From Trichodesmium erythraeum IMS101 (GTDB lineage Bacteria > Cyanobacteriota > Cyanobacteriia > Cyanobacteriales > Microcoleaceae): DNA of 32,000 nt. The stretch is from assembly GCF_000014265.1 (NCBI RefSeq), contig NC_008312.1, positions 3,360,001 through 3,392,000 on the forward strand, read 5' to 3'. Below, in pieces: positions 8,523-15,682 of this stretch; position 1 is the stretch's first letter; every line of letters begins with the position of its first letter. The notes under the pieces were generated by a model, which was not told where the DNA came from, did not search any database, and saw nothing but the letters and a program-made list of their open reading frames with translations. The translations under genes were made by a program, and so were the position numbers.

Positions 8523-10541
8523 TTAGAGAGTTATCCCGCCATCGCAGACAACACGAAAACCGATAAAGATGAAGTGGTCGTCGCGCCTAAGAGAGCCGCT
8601 GCGAAACGCAGAACGGCAATAACTAGGATAGGAGACCCAGGAACCGCCCCGTACTAAGGCCCCAATTTCGGTATAATATTTTTTATTACTAGCAACCCAA
8701 GGACTTCCATATGTAGGAGCATAATGATAACCATCACGGGAACAATTATCAGCACACCATTCCCATACATTTCCGTGCATATCATATAATCCAAAAGCAT
8801 TTGGTGGAAATTGACCTACAGGAGTAGTTTGGTTTCTATATTCTCCTTTGGGCCCATTCCCGTAATAGTTGCCATTATAGTTAACTAACTCAGATGTTAT
8901 AGTTTCTCCAAAGTAGAAAGGTGTAGTGGTTCCTGCACGGCAAGCATATTCCCACTCTGCTTCACTGGGTAGTCTATAATTCCTTCCTGTTAATTTCGAT
9001 AGTCTTTCACAGAACTCTACTGCTTGGTACCAGTTTACCTTCTCAACTGGTCTCTCCCATCTATCTATATCTTGATATGGTTCCTTAAAGTATGATGGCT
9101 CTGGGTCTAGGTCTAAATTTACTTTCAAGTTTGTCTGAGAAGCGATCGCTCTCCACTGTCCTTGAGTAACCGGATATTTGCCCATAAAAAAGGGAGAGAC
9201 AGTCACATCGTTTTGGGGGCGTTCATCATGATAGCTACCCTCTTCACTTTCAGGAGAACCCATGGTAAAGTTACCACCAGGAATAATTACCATTTCTAGT
9301 TCTAACTGTTGCGCAATAGTTTCCCTAAAGTATTGGGTAAGCTTAGTATCTTGCTTGATAATTTTTCCCCCTCCGTCAACTGTAGGTGTTGTATACTGAA
9401 AAACCTGAAAGTCTGAAGGAAAAGGAACCCATTCTCCCAAATTTTTGGGAGAAATAAACTTTTGTAGAATTTGCCTCTGCTGGTTATTCCGTTTGTTAAG
9501 TTCCCGACCGCGATCGCTCAAAAACTTCTGAAGTTGATTTATACTCAAACTCCCTTCACTCGACCGGAGTGCTTCGTGTAAAGCATAAGTAAAACTTCCC
9601 TGCTGAAGTTGCTCAACTTCATTAGCTTCTTTACTCAAGAAAACTATCAGTTCCTGCCCATCTTTAACAGAAAAAGAAAAACCGGAAAAGAAAGAAATTT
9701 CACCAGAGATATAGTTAGTATCTAAGAACAAAATTACTTTTCCTGCACCAGAAGAAAATAATTTTTCTACAAGAGAATTAACAGAAATAGCAGTTGTTCT
9801 GAAGTCATCCTTTTGACTATCTGCTGGGATGAGATAGTCTACATCTTCTATACACTCACCGTAGCCACTAAAGAAAAACCAAAAATTATCTTCTGCTGAG
9901 AGGAAAGGTTTCTCAAATTTCTCTGCCAAAAACCTCTTAAGTCTCACTGAAATTACTTCTGTAAATAAATCAACCTTGCTAAAGTTTTTCTGCTCAAACC
10001 AATTTTTTATTACCTCTGCATCTTTAACAGCATATCTTAGAGATGGTAGATAATTATATTGGTTAATGCCCATAGCGATCGCGTGATTATTTCTAACCTT
10101 AACTCCAGCAATAATTGAGTCATCTTGTTTATCCGCAACTACAGCCACATTCTCCAAACGCAACCTTTTGAGAGGTACGCCCCAACCATTAACCAAAGTT
10201 ACTCTAATCTCTCCTTCCATCTCCTTTTGAGCAGCAGTTAATAAAAATTTTGCCGGGCCGTAAGTCCCCCCAAAGCGATGTAAAACCACTGCAGGTTCGC
10301 CGATAATTTGAATCTTAAATAATGGAGTAGTATCTCCTTGACAATAGGTATCTACCCGAAAATAAATAGGATATTCTTCCTCCTCATAATTCCATTTTTC
10401 AAAATCCTCAGTTTGTTTAATATCAATTTCCATCAAATAAGTTTTACCCACTTCTGCCGAATGGGGATAGTTAATTATAGGTTGAATTGATATAGGTAGT
10501 TGTTGAGTTTCATTCATATTTTTGGGCAAGTCAGAATTCAA
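8523..10541 (-). CDS. Three-part protein: unknown N-terminal domain, catalytically dead caspase-like (C14 fold) domain, and C-terminal FGE/SUMF1-sulfatase-modifying-factor-like domain (672 aa)
   Basis: TTG start at 10541. Residues ~150-290 (nt ~9672..10094) follow the caspase/metacaspase pattern AIAMGINQYNYL..AVKDAE..FWFFFSGYGE..KVILFLDTNYISG. Tyr stands where the catalytic His belongs (SGHG -> SGYG, Y227), and there is no Cys in the DxCHSG position (DTNYISG). Residues ~415-668 (nt ~8538..9299) carry the classical FGE-sulfatase family motifs: MVIIPGGNFTMGSP..RPQNDVTVSPFFMGKYPVTQGQW..RLPSEAEWEYACRAG..GLYDMHGNVWEWC..RGGSWVSYPSYCRSAFR. Confidence 0.85.
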   Translation of the reverse strand: MNSDLPKNMNETQQLPISIQPIINYPHSAEVGKTYLMEIDIKQTEDFEKWNYEEEEYPIYFRVDTYCQGDTTPLFKIQIIGEPAVVLHRFGGTYGPAKFLLTAAQKEMEGEIRVTLVNGWGVPLKRLRLENVAVVADKQDDSIIAGVKVRNNHAIAMGINQYNYLPSLRYAVKDAEVIKNWFEQKNFSKVDLFTEVISVRLKRFLAEKFEKPFLSAEDNFWFFFSGYGECIEDVDYLIPADSQKDDFRTTAISVNSLVEKLFSSGAGKVILFLDTNYISGEISFFSGFSFSVKDGQELIVFLSKEANEVEQLQQGSFTYALHEALRSSEGSLSINQLQKFLSDRGRELNKRNNQQRQILQKFISPKNLGEWVPFPSDFQVFQYTTPTVDGGGKIIKQDTKLTQYFRETIAQQLELEMVIIPGGNFTMGSPESEEGSYHDERPQNDVTVSPFFMGKYPVTQGQWRAIASQTNLKVNLDLDPEPSYFKEPYQDIDRWERPVEKVNWYQAVEFCERLSKLTGRNYRLPSEAEWEYACRAGTTTPFYFGETITSELVNYNGNYYGNGPKGEYRNQTTPVGQFPPNAFGLYDMHGNVWEWCADNCSRDGYHYAPTYGSPWVASNKKYYTEIGALVRGGSWVSYPSYCRSAFRSGSLRRDDHFIFIGFRVVCDGGITL

Positions 10542-10638
10542 AAATGATAATAATTATGTGAGAATAACTATGTATATTATTAGTAAAAGTCATTAAAAAA
10601 ACAGATCACAAATAACAGATAATTAAAAAAGCTGATAT

Positions 10639-11970
10639 TTAAATACCTTCTTTTTTCAAAAGCTCCAATTTAGCCATAGGGTTCCCATAATAAATATACA
10701 TAAAGGTATAAATAAATAAATATTTATTCTCATCATTACCTTTCTGACGCTGATATTCATCAGCAGCTTTCCGTCGGAGATTTTTTAAAATTGTAGCGAC
10801 AGAAAGATGGGGATATTTTTGACATTCTTGAAAGAAATTACGAGAAATTTTAGCTGCATATGTATCATAAACTTCACATAATGTTCCTATGACTCCCTCA
10901 GCTCCTTTTTCTAAGAAAAATGTAGAAAACCCTATGGGATATTCTTGTCCTATTGTAGGGTTAGTATCAATAATTTTTAAAGTATCATTTTGTTGTAAAC
11001 GTCCAGAGTTACAAGCATTCATAAAAACAATTGAACCTTTTTTGAAAAAATTAAAATCATATTCATATAAATCATATACAGATATTTGTTGTGTCTCATC
11101 TTTTTCTCCTAGTTTACTTTGAGATAAATCCTTATCAAAAAAACCATGACTGGCGATAAAAACTAAACTAACCTCTGAATTAACTTGATCTAAATTAACT
11201 TTATCTAAATCATCAAAAAAATTTCGTACATTGTCATAAATAGTCGAATGAAAAACTTCTATAATCTCCTTTTCTTGCTCAACTTCGGGTAAATCTTTAG
11301 TATTTAGATAAGCTACTATTTTACCGCAACATTTTTTTTCTGTAACTTCTAAATTAATGAAGCCATTAACGTTATCTAAATCTTCTGGATTTGTAATATC
11401 TTGCCATCTGACTGTAACGAGAGAAGCTCCTAAATAATCATTATTTTTCAATTCCAACATTTCCCAAGGAATTTCAAAAGTTGTACGGTCATTAATAATT
11501 AAATAAGAGAAATTATGTTGTCTTTCTTGTAATTTTTCTTGTAATTTCAGTAGCCATCCCCTAATTTTTTTAGCCTGAGAATTTTTCTGAGAAAACATCC
11601 GCATTATACCGGGAGTTTCTTCTAGATTTAGATTGATAATGTTATCAAAAGATATTCTTGGAGCTGGAGTAGGGTCAGTATGTAATTGTTCGCCTATTTT
11701 TAACGAGCCGTGACGGCAGCGAATAATTATATTATCATTATTATTATTAGGAGATTCTACTTCTAAAAAAGCAAATTTCCAATCAAATTTTCCATCTAAT
11801 TTAATGCCAAAACTCTCAGAAAGTGAGCTTTTATTATTATCAGTCAACCCTTCAATTTTTTCCAGCTCTAATTCTTGATCATTGAGTAATTTATCCGGAG
11901 ATTCTCCTTGGGCAAATAATCTACTTGGATAAGGACTTTGTTGATTTTTTAGCTTTTGAATTGGATTCAT
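10639..11970 (-). CDS. CHAT-domain (caspase-superfamily) protease with an uncharacterised N-terminal region (443 aa)
   Basis: The CHAT pattern is present: ..TFEIPWEMLEL.., His in VSLVFIASHGFF (H275, nt 11146..11148) and Cys in SIVFMNACNSGR (C320, nt 11011..11013), then GAEGVIGTL. The first ~150 aa match no family I recognise. Confidence 0.85.
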   Translation of the reverse strand: MNPIQKLKNQQSPYPSRLFAQGESPDKLLNDQELELEKIEGLTDNNKSSLSESFGIKLDGKFDWKFAFLEVESPNNNNDNIIIRCRHGSLKIGEQLHTDPTPAPRISFDNIINLNLEETPGIMRMFSQKNSQAKKIRGWLLKLQEKLQERQHNFSYLIINDRTTFEIPWEMLELKNNDYLGASLVTVRWQDITNPEDLDNVNGFINLEVTEKKCCGKIVAYLNTKDLPEVEQEKEIIEVFHSTIYDNVRNFFDDLDKVNLDQVNSEVSLVFIASHGFFDKDLSQSKLGEKDETQQISVYDLYEYDFNFFKKGSIVFMNACNSGRLQQNDTLKIIDTNPTIGQEYPIGFSTFFLEKGAEGVIGTLCEVYDTYAAKISRNFFQECQKYPHLSVATILKNLRRKAADEYQRQKGNDENKYLFIYTFMYIYYGNPMAKLELLKKEGI

Positions 11971-11972
11971 TA

Positions 11973-12012
11973 AACTAATAACTAATAACTAATAACTAAT
12001 AACTAATAACTA
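11973..12012. repeat. Heptamer microsatellite (AACTAAT)x5 plus a partial unit; reverse complement of the AGTTATT family
   Basis: Direct reading of AACTAATAACTAATAACTAATAACTAATAACTAATAACTATAG, starting immediately upstream of the CHAT start codon (11970). Confidence 0.9.
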
Positions 12013-12237
12013 TAGCAACTTCCACAGTATTTTGAGTATATCAAACTTGCTGAGGTACAACTAGTAATATACACCTAATCTTGGTGAGGCACACCTATCC
12101 CGGGCAAGATGCCGGCACTAGAAACATTTAATTTTTAATATTTGTACTTTGTATACTTGGAATTTGCTGCAAAATTTAACCTTTGACTTAATTTTGACTT
12201 TCTTCTAGCCTTTTACTTTTTAGTTTTGATTTTTAAA

Positions 12238-14190
12238 TTAATTGTGACTTGTAATTTCCCAATTTTCCACAGGTGGAATAGACAAAATTTTTGCTCCTAA
12301 TGCTTTCGCTAATAGTAATGGTAAATCAGGATATTGTTTAGATTGAGGATTAAGAAATATAGTTTCTAAATTACCTAAATTACTAATTTTTCGAGCAACT
12401 TCCAAAGCATCTTCTACCCCTTTTTTCCCCACAGGAGGCTTAATTTTTCCTACATGACTTGCTTCCAAAGGAACATTACCTCTACCATCACTAACTACCA
12501 CTAATACCGCTTTTTGTACAGTATTTTTCCCATGTTGTAAAGCATGACGAAGAGTTTTCAAAGCCAAGTCAAAGCCATGTGCCAAAGGTGTAGCTTTACC
12601 TTTTTTAGTCTTTTCCAAGTCTAGTCCCATGGCAATTGTAGGTACCAGAATATTTTGACCAGATATTTTTTTAGCCCGTAATTCTACAGGATTAATTGTA
12701 ACATTTGACTGGTTATTATCTAATACGATAGAGTTCGGAGCAATACCAACTTGAATTAAACCAACACTTGCTCTTTGGCTGTAAGCCCAACTAAGATAGG
12801 GCAATAATTTTTCTTCCCATTGACAATATTCTAAACAAGTATAATCTAGTAAAAGCATGAACATCTGTTCCGCAACGGAAGCGCGACGATAACGATATAA
12901 ATCAGAGGGCAATATTTTCAATTTATGATAATTATTACCCTGTTTTTTCTGACGAATTTTCTGAAATTTAGCTGCTTCTAATAGACTCCTAACTATAGCT
13001 AAATCATTAGCGTTAGTAGTTTTTTCTAGCCCAAGAATTGTGCCACAATGAATAGTTTTAGATTGAGAAATACGGGTAGGTAATTTAAGGGAATCTATTT
13101 CTCTTTCTAATGAAGTAGTATCTTCTATATAAGGATTTTCTAAAAGTGTAATTTCTGGCAAATCAGTATCTGGAAAATAATTAGATACCTGTGATTGATA
13201 AACAGGAATTTCTGGTGGATTATTTGATAAAGATTCGTCTTTAATTTCTGATAATTCGGGTGATCTTCGTGGTTCAAAATCATTATCTTCTGTCTCTGGT
13301 TGTGGATTGAAACTCTTAAAATCAATAGAATTATTAATATTATTTCTTTCTAACTTCAATCCCATAATTTTAGCTACTTTATCCACATGCTTAACTGTGA
13401 CTGAATCTGCTGCTTCTAATTGAGCATAGGTACTTGCAAAACGAGCCAAAGCAATTTCTCGCCGATGATAAATATTTGACTCATAATTATAATTTAAAAT
13501 TGTCTCCAAAGCTGATGGTGTCATACTTGGTAAAGAGGAACGAATTTGTCTCAACCATTCCTGTAATTCTGGTTCAATTTTCCTTTCTTCAAACAATAAT
13601 TTTTGTGGTTTTTCCGGACTATTTAATAACTTTTGAATCTGAGTTACTCTCTTATCATTATTCTCAATTTGTTGTATATTGAGACGCAGGGCAAACCTAT
13701 CTAATAAATGAGGTGAAATCTTACCAATTTCCTCATTCTGACTCGAACAACCAACTAACCAACAAAAATTAGGTTGCCAATATTTATGTTGTCCGTGACG
13801 CTCTAAATGTGCGACATCTGCTCCCATCAATACAACACAAGCCCTCATAGCTGCTAAACTTAATTTAGTCAGATCTGGAATAATTACTAACTTAATTTCA
13901 TTCGTATTATCTGCACTACTAAATAATCCAAATTGCCAATTAAAAGCTTGTTTTTCCAACTCATCCCCTAGCCCAACTTGCCCCCATAAATTATCCTCTG
14001 ATTCAAAAGTTCCCAACTTCAACGGAACAACTTTTTCACATTCTGTTGTTACTTTAAGTAGAGACACTAAAATACCAGCAACTTGCTGCAAATTATTAAT
14101 AGAAATATCAAACAGCAAAATACTGCGTAACTTGGAATTAAGCGCTACACAACAAAGAGATTTCATTAAAGAGCTTTGAATATTTACCAT
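12238..14190 (-). CDS. Mg-chelatase subunit D (ChlD/BchD)-like protein: P-loop-less AAA+ domain, acidic/Pro-rich linker, C-terminal vWA domain (650 aa)
   Basis: The N-terminal part aligns to the ChlD AAA module (..KLVIIPDL.., ..ISPHLLDRFALRL.., lid ..IALARFASTYAQLEAADSVTVKHVDKVAKIM) but has no GxxGxGK(S/T). The linker is FNPQPETEDNDFEPRRSPELSEIKDESLSNNPPEIP. The vWA domain has GKATPLAHGFDLALKTL and AVLVVVSDGRGNVPL. The first MIDAS motif reads LLLDYTCLE (DxTxL instead of DxSxS). Confidence 0.8.
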   Translation of the reverse strand: MVNIQSSLMKSLCCVALNSKLRSILLFDISINNLQQVAGILVSLLKVTTECEKVVPLKLGTFESEDNLWGQVGLGDELEKQAFNWQFGLFSSADNTNEIKLVIIPDLTKLSLAAMRACVVLMGADVAHLERHGQHKYWQPNFCWLVGCSSQNEEIGKISPHLLDRFALRLNIQQIENNDKRVTQIQKLLNSPEKPQKLLFEERKIEPELQEWLRQIRSSLPSMTPSALETILNYNYESNIYHRREIALARFASTYAQLEAADSVTVKHVDKVAKIMGLKLERNNINNSIDFKSFNPQPETEDNDFEPRRSPELSEIKDESLSNNPPEIPVYQSQVSNYFPDTDLPEITLLENPYIEDTTSLEREIDSLKLPTRISQSKTIHCGTILGLEKTTNANDLAIVRSLLEAAKFQKIRQKKQGNNYHKLKILPSDLYRYRRASVAEQMFMLLLDYTCLEYCQWEEKLLPYLSWAYSQRASVGLIQVGIAPNSIVLDNNQSNVTINPVELRAKKISGQNILVPTIAMGLDLEKTKKGKATPLAHGFDLALKTLRHALQHGKNTVQKAVLVVVSDGRGNVPLEASHVGKIKPPVGKKGVEDALEVARKISNLGNLETIFLNPQSKQYPDLPLLLAKALGAKILSIPPVENWEITSHN

Positions 14191-14549
14191 AATTATGGAA
14201 TAGTAATTCTGTGATTAATTACCGGCTTTTTCTGTGACTTTTTGCCAAGGATATAATTAGGGTTTGCTAACTAAATGAGGACTTACCCACGGGCACTACA
14301 CGAGAGCAAAGGCGAATGCCAGAAAGTCTCTACATATAGTATTTTCAAGGTGAATTGGTGTAAGTCTTGTCAATATAATTTCCCGTTGCTCTGTAGGAAT
14401 GTTGCATGCAACCTCCCTACTTCTCATCCTGGGAGATAAGATGTTAGCAGTGGGTCTACTCCCAGGAGTGGTTAGGAGTGCTTCCACCAGTTCCCCTACC
14501 TAGAAGGAAAAAGCCTTATGCCCTAACATATATCGCGGTTCTGGGCAAG
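14191..14549. other. GC-richer, hairpin-rich ~360-bp spacer or insert between the ChlI-like and ChlD-like genes (candidate MITE or structured RNA)
   Basis: The spacer is unusually long for two genes that normally abut. It has a perfect 8-bp stem CCTGGGAG (14428..14435) / CTCCCAGG (14459..14466). It also has a nested hairpin GTAGG-AAT-GTTGCATGCAAC-CTC-CCTAC (14393..14420) containing a 12-nt palindrome. Composition is visibly GC-richer than the flanking genes. Confidence 0.3.
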
Positions 14550-15497
14550 TTATGTTAATATATTCTTTACCTTATTCTCATCTTCATCAGTCCAAGGAGG
14601 TTGGGTACTTTGGAGAAATTCAGGGCGACGGTGTTGCAAAACTAATTGAGCGACTGCTTGAATATGCTCAATATTTACCTGTTGAAAACCATGCAAAGCA
14701 GCATAGGCACGGGAAGCTAGGGCAATTACATAATCTGCTCTGTTTCCTTCTGCCTGAAAAGCCGCCGTCAACTCTACACAATATTCGATCGTATCCTTTG
14801 GTATTTTTATCTGACGAACATTATTTTTTGCATCCTCTAACTTTTGTTTGTATGCTTGATCCTTTTCCCTAGCTTTATCAATATATTCAGAAGATGTACC
14901 TTGAGAAAAGTCGAACATTGCCTGATCCCATTCCATAACTGTTTGTAAAATTTTCATCCGTTCTTGGCGGTCAGTTTGTGCCTTGATATCCACCATCAAG
15001 CCAAACCTATCTAATAACTGAGGACGCAAACCCCCCTCCTCAGGGTTCATGGTACTTACCAAAGTAAACGATACTGCCTCTTCCATTCGTTTTCCTTCTC
15101 GCTGCACCACTAAAACTCCCGTAGAAGTAACATCAAGAATAATATTGACAATATGATCGTCAAGTAAATTCACTTCATCAATATAAAGTAACTTATCATT
15201 AGCTTCTTTGAGCAAACCATCTTGCCATTTTGCTTCACTCTCCATTAACTGACTAATTTCCCAACCTCCCATCACCCTGTCTTCTGTAGCATTTATTGGT
15301 AAAGTTACAGGTAATTTTTGTCCATCATTACCGAAAACGCTCTCACTGCAGTTGACTTACCTGTTCCTCGCTATCCGCTTAACAAAACTCCCCCAATACG
15401 AGGAACAATATAAGCTAATTCTAATGTAAGTTTTAACTTTTCCTGACCAACAAGCAAAGTGTAAGGTAATATTTTTTTTTGCTATGGGATGTTCCAT
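14550..15497 (-). pseudogene. Mg-chelatase subunit I (ChlI/BchI)-like AAA+ ATPase, disrupted in the Walker A region
   Basis: The 241-aa ORF (14550..15275) covers ..DRVMGGWEIS..LLYIDEVNLLDDHIVNIILDV..FTLVSTMNPEEGGLRPQLLDRFGLMVDI.. (Walker B, sensor and BchI motifs). Upstream, my minus-strand translation finds ATG 15497..15495. It also finds the missing N-terminus, KKILPYTLLVGQEKLKLTLELAYIVPRIGGVLLSG*RGTGKSTAVRAFS, in a different frame, with TAG (15373..15371) inside the P-loop. Confidence 0.75.
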
Positions 15498-15623
15498 CGT
15501 CAAAAATTAAGGTAGTTAGAAACCAGCCAGTTTTAAGGGCTGGATGAAAACAACAGATATAGCTTAATGGAAAAACTAAGTCAAAAGAAAAAAAGAGTGA
15601 ACTTTCTTAATTTTTAAACATGA

Positions 15624-15665
15624 TACCTAATACCTAACACCTGAAACCTAAAACCTAAAACCTAA
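15624..15665. repeat. Heptamer microsatellite, six units of (T/A/C)ACCT(A/G)A
   Basis: Direct reading of TACCTAATACCTAACACCTGAAACCTAAAACCTAAAACCTAA in the spacer between the Trypco2-like gene and the ChlI-like gene. Confidence 0.85.
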
Positions 15666-15682
15666 CATCCTATATATAAATA

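Noticed and set aside
14296-14487. 63-aa minus-strand ORF inside the spacer between the ChlI-like and ChlD-like genes.
   Set aside because: It has no start context and no recognisable motifs. It overlaps the strong hairpins and has atypical composition. It is more likely non-coding sequence of an inserted element.
12238-15497. Reading the ChlI-like and ChlD-like genes as the genuine magnesium chelatase (chlorophyll biosynthesis) subunits.
   Set aside because: There is no ChlH/CobN partner or tetrapyrrole gene nearby. The genes are embedded between protease genes. The I-like gene lacks the long insertion between Walker A and the LPLGATEDR motif and is disrupted. The D-like MIDAS is degenerate. 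A filamentous cyanobacterium could not tolerate a broken chlI, so canonical copies must exist elsewhere.
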